Shown: positions 28,500-42,324 of the stretch, one piece after another
Position numbering within the stretch: the stretch's first letter is position 1
Layout: each line of letters begins with the position of its first letter
DNA from: the human T2T-CHM13v2.0 reference genome, Homo sapiens
Assembly (NCBI RefSeq): GCF_009914755.1
Contig: NC_060931.1
Length of the DNA stretch: 64,000 nucleotides
Reading direction: 5' to 3' (one strand)
Position numbers and translations under genes: made by a program
Notes under the pieces: generated by a model
Told to the model about the DNA's origin: nothing
The model's database searches: none
The model's input: the letters and a program-made list of their open reading frames with translations, nothing else

Positions 28500-29590
28500 G
28501 AGTGTAAAACAAAAATAAATGCACGGCTATGTTAATGTTAGGGCTATATTATGTTAATTTTAGACAAGAAAAAGACTTGAGATGAAGGCATCATATAAAT
28601 TACTATAAAGCAATATCCAGCTAGTGAACGAAACTGACAAATACACTATCAAATTGGGAGCTTTCAACCTCTCTCTAAATTATTGAAAATTCAAAGTGGT
28701 TAAATTTTAGTTAGAAAACAGATAACAAAAATAACAAAATTAGCAATACTTGGATTATTAAAATAATATAGATAGAACCCTTAAGCCTATGAGACATTTA
28801 TGAAATTTAAATACTTGCCAGGCAATAAGACTAGTGAAAAACATTTCAAATGGGATACTAATAAGTCCATAATGTAATTAAGCCAGATGTCTATTAAAGA
28901 TAAAACACAGAAAAAAATCTCCATATTGGAGAGGGAAAAACATGCTTCAAGAAAAGCTTAGATTTAAAAAGAGATTATAATAGAAAAGTAAATGCCTACT
29001 TGCAGCTAAACCATAATGAAAATAGAATACACCAATAGTTGTGGAGCTCATCTAAAGTGATACTTACGAAAAGCAACAGCATTAAATAGTATATCAGAAA
29101 GAGAAAAAGTCTATGAAATAAACATAAATTTTTAAAGTTTCAAAAAATAACAGAACAAATCTTAAAACAGTTGATAATAGGAGAAAATGAAAAGTGCTAA
29201 TAAAAAAACTAGTCAAAATAGGGAAATCAAGAAAACAAAAACTTCTTTAAAATAAAGATTAATAACATAGACAAACCTCTTCTAAAATTGAAGGAGATGA
29301 AAATGAGGAAGAGGAAGTGGAGGAGGAAAAAGAGGTTAAAAATAACTAACTACTAAGAATGAAAAATAGCATAGGCTTATCAGATATTAATACTGCAATA
29401 CGAAAGCACATGCCAATACATTTGACAATTTTGACAGAATTGTCAGATAATGTCCTATATCCATTAAAAAACAGAATTAGTAGCTACAAATTATTGCATT
29501 CAGAAAACACTAGGATGAAATATTTTGGAGCTGAGTTTTGCTAACTTTAAGGAACAGGTTGTTTTAAGATTGTACGTTCAGCAACTACTC
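28500..29590 (+). mobile_element. Highly diverged L1M ORF2 fragment (host of the L1MA insertion)
   Basis: A-rich sense strand with L1 motifs 'aataacatagacaaacctct' and 'gctgagttttgctaactttaaggaacag'. Confidence 0.55.
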
Positions 29591-30729
29591 AAGAGGAGTG
29601 TTGTCAGCAAGGTTGAAGAATAGAAGATCCCCCACTCATATGCTCCTAATAGCAGCAATAATTTCCGAGCCATTCATAGACAAAACTGCCTTTGTGGGAG
29701 CTTTGGGATTCAGGAAGAAGGCTGTGAAACCCCAGGAAGCCCAAGAGCTAGTAGGGCTGTTTTGAGAGGGGAGACCCACACTCAGATGGCAGATTCACCA
29801 AACCAGCTTCAGACCTAAAAATAGCCCTATTCTTTTGTGTGTTTGAATAAAGCTTCATTTTCCTTGGTCCTGCCACCAAAATCATCAATCAAGGGGAATG
29901 AGGAGGATTCATGCCCACTTGTGCCTCAAGTGACAGGCCTTCTGATTTTGGTCCCAACTGTGGATCCTGATATAACCCTGAGACTCTGCTCCCACCCTTC
30001 TCCACTGCCGTCTAAGAGCAGTTCTTCCTGTACAGAGACCCAAAGGAAGATGTGCCATCTGAGTCCCTGGTACAGGCTTGCCAACCTCAGTCCCACAGCA
30101 CACCCTGAAATGGCCATGAGAATCAGTTTCTGCCCCTCTCAGCTGTGATCTGAGAGCAGTGCTACCCCCAAAAGACCTGGAAGGGGACTTGCTTGTCTGT
30201 GCCCCCAGAGGTGGGCCTACAGACCTCAGTCTTGGCTATGGGCCCTGATGCAGCCCTGTGACTCAGTTCCATCCACTCTCAGCTCGGGTTAGTATGGCCT
30301 GCCCATGGAAATAGAAGCACTTCCAGCCCTCCTAAGGACCTGGAGAAAGCCACACCTATGTGTTCACTAGATAACAGTCCCATCATCTGCCGACTCTGAA
30401 GCATACCGTCATCCTACCAGCTGCCCTACTGATCAAGATGCAGAGAGCAGTTTAGTCCACCTGAGGACCAAAGAAGAGCCACGACTACTAGAACCCCTGG
30501 TTACAGGCACATTATTTTGGACTACACTGTGATCCCAGCAGCAGTCACATAATTCGGCTCTAACCTCATTCAACCTTTATCCCCAGGTAAATCTATCAGC
30601 CTAGGGATCTAACAGAAGAAGGTTTTTACCTGCTGCAATTAAGCTGTAAATATTGTAAGTAGTGTTTTTTCCTTCAAATGCACAGATATCAATACAAGAC
30701 TACACTGATAACAGGCAAACATGACACCA

Positions 30730-30730
<1 letters not shown>

Positions 30731-30763
<33 letters not shown>
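30731..30763. repeat. (CA)n microsatellite
   Basis: Direct reading. Confidence 0.95.
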
Positions 30764-30768
<5 letters not shown>

Positions 30769-33700
30769 ATAAAGTTCCAGTAACTGATGCCAAGAAATAA
30801 AGGTCTACAAATTGCCTGAATAAGAACTCAAAACAATTATCGTAAAGAAACTCAATAAAATTCAAGAAAAAAATACATATAAACAACTAAACCAAACTAC
30901 AAAAACTACATGAACAAAATGAGAAATTTAATAAAGAAATGAAAACCATTAAAAAGAACCAAACAAAAATGCTAGAGCTGTGTGTAAACAAATATAGAAC
31001 TTCAACAGCAGACTAAATTATGCGGAAGGAAGAATTAGTGAACTAGAAGACAAGTTATTTGAAATCAGCAATGTAGAGGAAGAAAAAGAAAAAAAGAACG
31101 AAAAAGAGCGAAGAAAGCTTAAGGGACCTATGGAATACCATCAAGTGTGTAAATGTAAGAATTATTGGAGTCCAAAAAGGAAAAAGAGGAAGAAAAGCGG
31201 AGGAAGAGAGCTTATTTGAAGTAATACTAACTGAACACTTCCCAAATATTGGGAGCAATGTGGACATCCAGATTCATGAAGATAAAAGGATCCAAGCAAG
31301 ATCAACCCAAAGGAGAATTGTCTGATACACATTGTCATTACATTGTTAGATGTCAAAGACAACCATAATGTCTTGAAAACAGCAAGAGAAAAGAGACTCA
31401 TCATACTCAAGGGAACTTCCATAAGGCTGTCAGTAAACTTCTCAACAGATATCTTGATATCCTAGCAGGAATAGACTGATATATAAAAAGTGCTAAAACA
31501 AGAAAAGAAAACCTGACAATTAAAAATATTCTACCTATCAAAGCTGTCCTTCAGCAATGAAAGAGAGATAGACATTCCCAGACAGACAAACAAAAACTGA
31601 GGGAGATAAATATATAATAAAATTCAGAATACTTTAATACTGTAATTGTGATGTGCTATTCATTTTTAACTGATATGGAAGTTAAATGACAAAAGTGATA
31701 AAAATAACTATAACTACAATAATTTGTTAATAAATACAAAAAATACAAGATGTAAAGTGTAATATCAATAGCATGTGTACTATCAATAGCATAAAAGTTT
31801 TGTATGCAATCAAATTTACTTTGTTATCAGCTTAAAATAGAGAGTTATAACTATAAGTTGTTTTATGTAAGCCCCCCTATGATATGAAAAAGACAAAATA
31901 ACTAGTAGATAGACAAAAGATAAAGAGAGGAAGAAAATTAAAGCACATCACTACAAAAATCTAAAAGTCAAAAAGAAAGACAGCAAGATTGAAAGAAAGT
32001 AACAAAGAAACTACAGAACATTTAATAAACAATTAACAAAATGTAAATACTAAGTCATTACATCAATAATTAATTTAAATGTAAATGGATTAAATTATCT
32101 AATCTAAAACCACAAGGCATCCAAATAGATAATAAACAAGATCAAACAATATGCTGGCTACAAAAGAAACACTCTAGCCTTAACAACCTACACAGATCAA
32201 AAGTAAAGTTATGAAAAAACCATATTCCATACATTTGACAACCAGAAGAGATCAGGGATGGCTATACTTCTATCAAGAAAATTAGATTTTCAGTTGATAC
32301 TCTCACAAGAGACAAAGAATGTCACTATATGATGATAAAGGGGTCAACTTATAAAGAAAATATAGCAATTGTAAATATACCTATATACACCCAACATTAG
32401 AGTACCTAAATATATAAATCAAATAGTAACAGAACTTAAAAGAGAAACAGATAGGGGGCTTTAATATCCCATTTTAACAATTGATATATCATGAAGAGAG
32501 AAAATCAACACAAAAACAGCTGACTAAAGTGACATTATAGCCCAAATACACTTAAAAGTCATATACAGAATATTATATCTGACAGCAGCAGAATATATAT
32601 TCTCCTAAAGTGTCACAGAATATTCTCCAGAATAGATCACATATTGGGTCTCAAATAAAAGTTGTAAAAAATTTAAGAGATGGAAACTACCTCAAGTATA
32701 GTTTCTGACCACAATAATACAATACTAGAAATCAATATAGAAGGAATTTTGGAAATCTCAGAAATATGTGTAAAGTAAATAGCACAGTTTTGAACAACCA
32801 ATAGGTAAAAGAATAAATCAAAAGAGCTATCAAAATATATCTTCAGACAGACAAAAATAAAAACATCATACCAAAACTGATGTGATGCAGCAAAGGCAAT
32901 ACCGCAAGGGAAATGTAAAACGATAAAGGCTTATATCAATAAAAAAGAATAATCTCAAATTAACAACCTAAATTTATAACTTAAAAAGTAGAAAAATAAA
33001 AACAAACTAAGCACAAAGTCAACAGAAGAACGACAATAATAAAAATTAGAGCAAAAATAAATCAAATGGAGGCTAGAATGACAATGGAAAAGACTAATGG
33101 GATGAAATAGCTTTTCTTGAAAAGGTTAAAAAATGAACAACACTTTAGTTATACTAACCAAGCAAAAAAGAGTCAGACTCAAATAAAATTATAAGTAAAA
33201 AAGGGACATTACAACTGATATTACAGAAAAACAAAGGATCATAAGAGACTGCTGTGAAGAATTATTTGCCAACAAACTAGATTATCTAGAAGAAATGGAT
33301 AAGTTTCTAGAAATATACAACTTACCAAGACTAAATCATGAAGAAATAGAAAATCTGGGTGGAATAATAACTAGTAAGGAAATTGAATCAATAATAAAAA
33401 ACCTCCCAACAAAGAAAATCTTAGAAACAGAGAGCTTCTCAGCTGAATTCTAGCTAAAATTTTAAAAATAATTCACTTCAATCCTTCTCAAACTCTTCCA
33501 AAAAACTGAAGAGGTAGAAATGCTTTCAAACTCATTTTATTATCCTCTTACAATATCCAGACATGTATAATACAAAATAAGGAAATTAGAAGCCAATATC
33601 TACGATGAACACAGATGCAAAAAACTCAAGAAAATATGAAATTCAGTAGCTCACTTAAAATATTACTCATGATGATCAAGTGGGATTTATCCCTGAAATG

Positions 33701-34966
33701 CAAGGTTATTTCAACATACAAATCAATAAATGTGATATATCACATTAACAGACTGAAGGATAAAAATCATATAATCATCTCAATAGATGCAGAAAAATCA
33801 TTTGTAAAAATTAAACATTCTTTTCTGATTACAACTGTCAGCAAATATGATAGAGAATAATTTGTCTCAACATAATAATGGACACATATTACAAGGCCAC
33901 AGCTAGCATCATACTTCATGATTAAAGCTGAAAGGTTTCTCTTTAAGATTAGGAAGAAGGCAAGGAAATTCACTCTCACAGCTTCTATTCAACTGGTATT
34001 GGAAGCCCTAGCTTGAAAGATTAGGCAAGAAATAGAAATAAAAGGTATCCAAATAGGAAGACAAAGTTAAACTGTCTCTGAAGATGCAATAATCTTATAT
34101 AGGGAAAACCCTAAAGACTCCACCAAAAAACTGTCAGAATTAACGACAAAGTTCAGTAAAATTTCAGAATGCAAAATCAGCGTACAAAAATCAGTTGCAT
34201 TTCTTTACATTAACAGTAGATTATTCAAAAAATAAATTAATAAAACAATCCAATTTATGATAGTATTGAAAATTATGAAATATTTAAAAATGAATTTAAC
34301 TAAGGAAGTGAAAAAACTGTACTTAAAACTAGAAAATATTGACAAAATAAATTGAAGAAACAAATAAATAACTAGATCCCATGTACATGAATTAGATTAA
34401 GAATGTTAAAATATCCATAATTCTTAATTTATAGATTCAATGAAGTCTCTATCAAAATTCCAATGACATTTTTCACAGAAATAGAAAAAAATAACAAAAT
34501 TTGTATTGGACCCCAAACAGTCAAAGCAATTTTAAGAAAATATAACAAAGTCAGTGGGATGACACGCCCTAATTTCAAACTATACTGCAAAACTATAGTA
34601 ATCAAAACAGCGTGGTACAGGCATAAGGGCAGGCATATAGACAAATGAAACAGAATACAGAACCCGGAAATAAACCCATGCATATATAGTAAACTAATCT
34701 TTGAAAATGATGCTACAAATACACAATGAAGAAAGCCTCTTCAATAAATACTTTTGAAAAATGGATGTTCATGTGGAAAAGAATAATTTAGACCCTTTTC
34801 TTAAACCATATATAAACGTTAAACTGAAATGGATTAAAGACTTAAATGTCAGATCAGAAGTTGTGAAATTTTCAGGGAAAATATAGGAAAGAAGTTCTTT
34901 GCCATTGGTCTTGGTAATAATTTTTTAGTATATGACACCAATAGCACAGGAAACAATAGCAAAAAT

Positions 34967-36422
34967 AAACAAGTTAGTTACTTCCAAGATACAACTGGGT
35001 TACAGGCATTGGATAAATGCTTCTATTCCACCTGGGAGAAATTGGCCAAAACAAAGGCTCTACAGGGCCCATGCAAGTCCGAAACCCAGAAGGCAGTCAT
35101 TAAATCTTAAAGCTCAAAAATAATCTCCTCTGATTCCATGTCTCACATCCAGGGCACGTTGATGCAAGAGGTAGGCTCCCAAGGCCTTTGGCAGCTCTGC
35201 CTCTGTGGCTCTACAGGGTACAGCACCCACAGCTGTTTCATGGGCTGGTGTTGAGTGCTTGCAGCTTTTCCAGGTGCACGGTGAAAGCTGTTGGTGGACC
35301 TACTATTCTGGGGTCTGGAGAACAGTGTCCCTCTTCTCACAGCTCCACTAGGCAATGCCCCAGTGGGGACTATGTTTGGGGTCTCCAACCCCACATTTCC
35401 CCTCTGCACTGCCCTAGTAGAGGGTCTCCAAGAGGGCTCCACCTCTGCCGCAGACTTCTGCCTGGACATCCAGGTCTTTCCATACATCCTCTGAAATCCA
35501 AGCATAGGTTTCCAAGCCTCAACTCTTGCCTTCTGTGCACCTGCAGGCCCAATATAACATGGAAGCTGTCAGAGCTTTGGGCTTGCACCTTCTGAAGCAA
35601 TGGCCTGAGCTATATACCTTGGCCCCCTTTAGCCATGGATGGAGCTGGAGCAACTGGGACACAGTGTGCCATGTTCCAAGGCTGCAAAGAGAAGCAGGGA
35701 CCTGGGCCCGGCCTGCGAAACCATTGTTCCCTCCTAGGCCTCCAGGCCTGTTATGGGAGAGGGTGCTGCAAAGATCTCGGAAATGCCCTGGAGACATTTT
35801 CTCCATTGTCATGGCTATTAACATTTGGCTCCTCATTTACTTATGCAGGTTTTTGCAGGAGGCTTGAATTTCTCTTCAGAAAATGGGTTTTTCTTTTCTG
35901 AAACATACTCAGGCTACAAACTTTCCAAACTTTTATGCTCTGCTTCCCTTTTAAACATAAGTTCCAATTTCAGACATCTCTCTGTGAATGCATATGACTG
36001 TATGCTGTTATGAGCAGCCAGGGCACATTTTGAATGCTTTGCTGCTCAAAGATTTCTTCCACCAGACACCCTAAATCATCTCTCTCAAGTTCAAAGTTGC
36101 ACAGATTCCTGGGGCAGGGGCACAAGGCCACCAATCTCTTTGCTAAAGCATAGCAAGAGTGACCCTTACTCCAGTTCTCAGTAAGTTCCTCATCTCCATC
36201 TGAAACCACATCAGCCTGGACTTTATTGTCCTTATCACTATTAGCATTTGGTCACAATCATTCAACAAGTCCCTGGGAAGTTTCAAACTTTCCCACATCT
36301 TTCTGTCTTTTTCAGAGCCCTCCAAACCCTTCTAACCTCTGCCCATTACCCAGTTTCACAGTTTCTTTTCACATTTTCAGGTGTCTTTATAGCAGTGCCA
36401 CACTCCCCTGGTACCAATTTTC
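34967..36422 (-). mobile_element. MSTA-int (MaLR internal region), truncated at the element's 3' end
   Basis: 'aacaagttagttacttccaagataca...gagaaattggccaaaacaaagg'; ORF 35143-35505(-) 'FQRMYGKTWMSRQKSAAEVEPSWR..AVQRGNVGLE' is the MaLR gag-like remnant. Confidence 0.93.
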
Positions 36423-36787
36423 TGTGTTAGTCCATTTTTACACTGCTGTAAAGAACTACCTGAGACTGGGTAATTTGTGAAGAAAAATTTAATTCACTGA
36501 CAGTTCCACAGGCTTTCCAGGAAACATGACTGTGAGGCCTCACAAAACTTTCAATCATGGTGGAAGGTGAGGAGAGGCAAGGATCTTCTTCATATGGCAT
36601 CAGGAGAGAGAGAGAGTGAAGCAAGAACTGCCACACAGTTTTAAGCCATCAGATCTTGTGAGAACTCACTCACTATCAGGAGAACAGCAAGGCTGAAGTC
36701 TGTCCCCATAATCCAATCACCTCACACTTGGCCCCTCCTCCAATTTGACATGAGATTTTGGCAGGGACACAAATCCAAAGCGTGTCA
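36423..36787 (-). mobile_element. MSTA-like LTR (5' LTR of the provirus)
   Basis: TG...CA ends; 'aagaactacctgagactgggtaattt', 'ccatcagatcttgtgagaactcactcactatc', 'gggacacaaatccaaa'. Confidence 0.92.
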
Positions 36788-37370
36788 GTCTTGGTAATAA
36801 CTTTTTTTGTATATGACACCAAAAGCACAGGAAACAAAAGCAAAAGTAAACAAGTAGGGTTACATTAAACTACAAAGCTTTTATAGAGCTAAAGAAACAA
36901 ACAAAATTAAAAGGCCACCTAAGATATGCGAGAAAATATTTGCAAACCATATATCTGACAAGGGATTAATATCCGAAATACATATGGAACTCACACAACT
37001 TTGTAACAAAATAATAATAATAATATTTAAAAATGAGCAAAGGTCCTGAATAGACAGCTTCCCAAAGAAAGCAAATAAATGATCTGGTATATGAAAAAGG
37101 TACTAAATATTGCTAATCATTAAGAATATGCAAATCGAACAAAATATCACTTCATACTTGTCATGCTTGTTAGGATGGCTATTATCCAAATGAAAAAAGG
37201 ATAAGTGTTAGCAAAAGTGTGGATAAAAGGGATCCTTGTACACTTCTGGTAGTAATGTAAATTGGTACATCCATTATGAAACAGTATAGGGTCTGCTGAC
37301 AATTTTTAAAATAGGACTACCATATGATCAAGCAATAAAAAAGAAATGAAATATGTACATTGAAAAGGTG

Positions 37371-37737
37371 TTATATAGTTTTGCTCTGTGTCCCCACCCA
37401 AATTTCATCTTGTAGCTCCCATAATTCCCACATGTTGTGAGAGGGACCTGGTGGAAGATGATTGAATTATGAGAGCAGGTTTTTCCCATGTTGTTCTCAT
37501 GATAGTGAATAGGTCTCAGGAGATCTCATGGTTTTAAAAGCACCAGTTGCCCAGCACAAGCTCTCTCTTTCCCTGCTGGCATCCACGTAAGATGTAACTT
37601 GCTCCTCCTTGCCTACCATCATGATTGTGAGGCCTCCCCAGCCTCAAGGAACTGTGAGTCCAATTAAACTTCTTTCTTTTGTACATTGCCCAGTCTCAGG
37701 TATGTCTTTATAAGCAGCATGAAAACGAACTAATACA
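37371..37737 (+). mobile_element. THE1A/B solo LTR
   Basis: 'tgtgtccccacccaaatttcatcttgtagctcccataattccca...cagtctcaggtatgtcttta...aactaataca'. Confidence 0.93.
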
Positions 37738-37859
37738 AGGAATCTGCACCCTCATGTTCATTGTAGCATTGTTCACAATAATCAAAATATGAAAACAAGC
37801 AAAGTGGCCATCAGTGGATGAGTGAAGAAAGAAAATGCAATCTATATGTATGTATGCAC

Positions 37860-37932
37860 GCACACACACACACACACACAGAGAGAGAGAAAAAGAGAGA
37901 GAGAGAGGAGAGAGAGGAGAGAGAGAGAGAAA
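37860..37932. repeat. (CA)n(GA)n compound microsatellite
   Basis: Direct reading. Confidence 0.95.
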
Positions 37933-38265
37933 GGGAGATACAATGGAATATTATTCAGCCATAAAAGAAATCTGGTTATCTGTGACAACATAGGTGAAAC
38001 TAGAGGACGTTACACCTAGTGAAATATGACAGACACAGAAATACAAATATAACATGGTCTCACTTATTTGTGGTATCTAAAAAAGTTAAACTTATAGAAG
38101 CAGAAGTAGAACAATAGCTTCCAGGGGCTGAGGGGTAGGGGGAATGGAGAGATGTTGATCAAAGGCACAACATTTTACTTATACAATGAATTAGTTCTAG
38201 GGATATAATGTCCAGTATGGGTGGTGATGGATGTGTTAATTAATTTGATTGTGGTATTCAATATA

Positions 38266-38266
38266 C

Positions 38267-38301
<35 letters not shown>

Positions 38302-38310
38302 ATATATATA
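38266..38310. repeat. (TA)n(TG)n(TA)n compound microsatellite
   Basis: Direct reading. Confidence 0.95.
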
Positions 38311-40164
38311 TCAAAGCATTGCATTGTATACCTTGAATATATACAATACTATTTGTAAATTAAATATTTTTACAAATGTTTGCAAAAATATTTTAAAAAT
38401 ATATTTAATATATTTAATAAATATATTAAATCTATAATATATTTACACATATTAAATCAGTACGTTAAATCCAGATGAGGATAGAGAAGTGAAAATTATA
38501 TAATTAATACTATTTACATCCCTGCAGTTTTCAAATTACATAAAGGAACATAAATTCTCATATAAGGTCCGAATAGAGATTAATATAAATAGTAGCTTCC
38601 ACTAGAAAGTGGGATTTGAGGATTACATTAAGAGAATGATGCGCTCCAAGAGGCTCCACATTCTTATAGTAGTACTTGTGGGGTTTTGAGCACACAAAGT
38701 ATATCAGCAAAATGTGTGCCATTGCTTAAATAGAAATATCTGACATATGAAATAGAACTCTTTAGACTTTGTAACACATCTGTCAAATCATCTTATTTGT
38801 TGTTAAAGATTTTCTTTGGTTCTATAAAAGAACAGGAAGGGAAATGTCACTGTAGCTTTTGAGAAAGGGAAAGAGAAAGAGAGAGAGGGGGAGAAAAGTC
38901 TTACATGAGATCAATTGCCAATATAACCATTCAGAGACATTTATCGTGTAAAAGGTGGATTTGTATTGATTTCCTATTAAAGCTGTGAAAGTATGATTCA
39001 ATTTTTAATGATACTATGAATTATGTATTGCTGTCAGGCTCTTTTTTAGGTGATCATATTGAAACAAAATAGAGGCATTTTAAAGCATTCAACATAACAT
39101 CTCACTTCTCCAAGATGAAATTATTTATTTTGAAGTTACTGCAATGATATGTTTTTATTTTTCATTTTTAGACTTCATTTTTTCATGAATCCTTTCAAGT
39201 TTATGTCTTGAGATTACTACATCAAAATCCAGCAATCATACCAAGAAATGATGAGGAGTCAAGTCAGTACAAATTAGTGGAAAAGCAGATTTTATACATT
39301 TTAAAGGAAATACATTGTTCTGGTTTGGAGCCAAAGTAGAGCTATCCTCATGTCATTTGTTTTGATGATTTTGAAAAATGGTGAGACTTCTAGGTCAGGT
39401 AATAGAAACAGATTTCTGCCAGTTATGCTTACATAGGTATTTAGGTTTTCTCATAGATGGGTTAGAGTTTCACTTCCTGCTGTTTGTATAGTACTCAGTT
39501 CTGCGCTTGACTTCAGCAATCAGCAGATAGCACCTTTTTTTTTTTTAACTCCTTTAGCCAGGAAAATACCAGGACTTGTAAAAGCAGAAAGGGAAGTTAT
39601 AATTCTAGATAATACTCGTAAGATATTCTACTAAAAGTAGATTGTCAAAAAGAACAGTTCATTTCATTTTGGACAGGCTCATACAAGTGCTTGCCTGAAG
39701 GTCTGCCATAAGACATGTGCTGAATTTTATACTCTGGAAGTCCATCTCATGAATACCCACAAAACAGATTTATGTTACTTTAAGCTCTCTCATCACTGAC
39801 CAGCAGGATAGATAAAAACACACAACAGTGATTGATGTGTCCCAAACCTTCTTGGTAGGTAAAAAATAAGTGAAACGCAAAAATCAGACAGAAAAGTCAG
39901 ACCGTTTTCTTTGAATGCATGTGCTCAATAGAGTAGGAAGGAGAAAATTTGCATTTGAAAATTATTTATATTAATGCAAGTGAAAAATGCCTCAGACCTG
40001 AGGACTTATTTAACACTCTACATAAAGTTATTTTTTCCTGAATCCCAAACTGAATGTTTTCTTTTTATCTTGTACGCACCATATGCTTGAGAAAAAGAAA
40101 AAGCTACTTGATTACACTAGACTTTGTATTACAGCTTACAATTGAAAAAAAAAATAAAGTTATG

Positions 40165-40690
40165 TCATTCATTTAATTTAAAATAAAATTATGTAGTACC
40201 AACTAAACAGCAGGCACTACTGGCTGTAGAGTTTAAAATCTAATGAAAGGCATAGACAGTTAAGAAGGTGATTTCAATCAAGTGTGATAAACACTTTGAC
40301 GGAGTAAGTCATGAGGGCATAACAGCAGGGCTTTGGTTTAGTCATTATGGAAGAAGTTTTGAGGAAGTGGGATGAGCAAATAGAGGTACCTCCAAGTTTC
40401 TTACAATGGAGACACATCAATGGTGCCTACAGAAGGCAGGGCATGCCAGGAACCAGCAGCTCAACTAGGGCCAGAGGAAGTGGTGCAGGCAGAGCAGGTC
40501 CTGTCACACTGAGTCTCTGAGTCTCTGAACTGGGCTTGGGATTGAGACTGAGGACTACCATGTACCATTTAAAGAAGGGAGAACAGGACATTTACAACCT
40601 AGAAATTTCACTCTGGCTGAGATTTGGAAAATGAATTAGAAGAGGCTGGGAGGGTGGTTAAGAGCCGTGGGTATGGAAGAGCCAGATGTT
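40165..40690 (-). mobile_element. L2 fragments
   Basis: 'tcattcattt...caggcactac', 'tcaatcaagtgtgataaacact', 'tagaaatttcactctggctga...aaatgaattagaagag'. Confidence 0.55.
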
Positions 40691-40844
40691 GAGTGCATGT
40701 AATGGACGAATCAACTCTGGCAACAAGCAACTGCCTGAGCCCCCTGGGGACACAAGGGACAATGATGAGAGGGTCTGTGCCTGCTGTGCCTACGTGATCA
40801 TCATCTTGAACTTCAGGGACTGAGAAAAGCTCACCTATTAAAAT

Positions 40845-40881
40845 TGTGTGTGTGTGTGTGTGTGTGTGTATTTGTGTGTGT
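40845..40881. repeat. (TG)n microsatellite
   Basis: Direct reading. Confidence 0.95.
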
Positions 40882-41105
40882 ATACACATATCCTAAATAC
40901 TCTCATTTAATCTTTGCACGTTCTATGCATGGAACAAAATATCACATGGGCCCCACACATAACTACAAATATTAAGTATCAATGAAAAATACTTTAACAA
41001 AAAATGATTTTATAATTTTTGGATTTTTATAAGTCTATTCAAAATTAAATTATCATCAAATGTTCTTTTCCAATCATAGTATTATATATTAAATGGAATT
41101 TTGCC

Positions 41106-42324
41106 TTTTTTAACTTTTATTTTAAGTTCGGGTGTACACGTGCAGATTGTTATACAGGTAAATTTGTGTCATGGGTGTTTGTTGTACAGATTATTTTATC
41201 ACCCAGGTAGTAAGCCTAGTACCCATTAGTTATTTTTTCTGATCCTCTCCCTCCTGCCAGCCTCCACTCTCTGATGAGCCCCAGTATGTGTTGTGCCCTT
41301 CTATGTGTTCATGTGTTGTCATCACTTAGCTTCCACTTAAAAGTGAAAACGCGGTATTTGGTTTTCTGTTCCTGCAATAATTTGCTAAGGATAATGGTCT
41401 TCAACTCCATTCATGTCCCTGCAAAGGACACGATCTTGTTCTTTTTTATGGCTACATAACGTTCCATGGTGTATCTATACCACATTTTCTTTAGCCAGTC
41501 TATCACTGATGGACATTTAGGTTGACTCCATGTCTTTGCTATTGTGCATAGTGCTGCAATGAGCATATGCATGCATGTGTCTTTATAACAGAATGATTTA
41601 CATCCTTTGGGTATACACCCAGTAATGGGATTGCTAGGTCGAATGGTATCTCTGTCTTTAGGTCTTTGAGGAATCACCACACTGTCTTCCACAATGGTTG
41701 AACTAATTTACACTCCCACTAACAGTGTGTAAGCATTCCTTTTTCTCCACAACCTCACCAGCATCTGTTATTTATTGACTTTTTAATAATAGCCATTCTG
41801 ACTGCTGTAAGATGATATCTCATTTTTGTTTTCTTTTGCATTTCTCTAATGATTAGTGATATTGAGTATTTTTATATGATTATTGGCCACATGTGTGTCT
41901 TCTTTTGAAAAGTGCCTATTCATGTCCTTTGCCCACTTTTTATGGATTTGTTTGTATTTTTCTTGTAAATATAACTTCCATATAGATGCTGGACATAAGA
42001 CCTTTGTTGGATGCATAGCTTGCAAAAATTTTCTCCCTTTCCGTAGGTTGTCTGTTCACTCCAATGATCATTTGTATTGCTGTGCAGAAGCTCTTTAGTT
42101 TAATTAGATCCCATTTGTCAATTTTACTTTTTTGCAATTGCATTGGCATCTTCCTCATGAAATCTTTACTCATGCCTATGTCTTGAATGGTATTGCCTAG
42201 ATTGTATTCCAGGGATTTTATAGTTTTGGTTTTAAATTTAAGTCTTTAATCCATCTTGAGTTAATTTTTGTATTTTGTCTAAGGAAGGGGTCCAGTTTCA
42301 ATCTTCTTTATGTGGCTAGCCAGC
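41106..42324 (-). mobile_element. L1PA13-like, 5'-truncated
   Basis: 3'UTR 'ttgttgtacagattattttatcacccaggtagtaagcctagtacccattagttatttt'; ORF2p-like '[16 protein letters not shown]' and 'KTWSQPKCPS'. Confidence 0.92.

Larger units (their letters stand above)
29595..38370 (+). mobile_element. Near full-length inactive L1MA9/10-like element (5'UTR, ORF1 ~30.8-31.6 kb, ORF2 from ~32.04 kb, 3'UTR) with nested MST and THE1
   Basis: 5' terminus 'ggagtgttgtcagcaagg'; endonuclease start 'ttaaatgtaaatggattaaat' (LNVNGLN); RT-like ORF 33615-33860 '[28 protein letters not shown]'; 3'UTR 'gggtggtgatggatgtgttaattaatttgattgtggt'; many stops and frameshifts. Confidence 0.9.

Noticed and set aside
35143-36480. 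Cluster of overlapping ORFs
   Set aside because: All lie in degraded MST-int; fragmented gag-like remnant, not a host gene.
29595-38370. Potentially active L1
   Set aside because: Numerous stops and frameshifts, degraded RT active-site region and two LTR-element insertions.
39172-39262. Possible exon (acceptor tttcatttttag, open frame TSFFHESFQ...)
   Set aside because: Weak donor (GTCAGT), unrecognised peptide, and such acceptors are common in AT-rich DNA.
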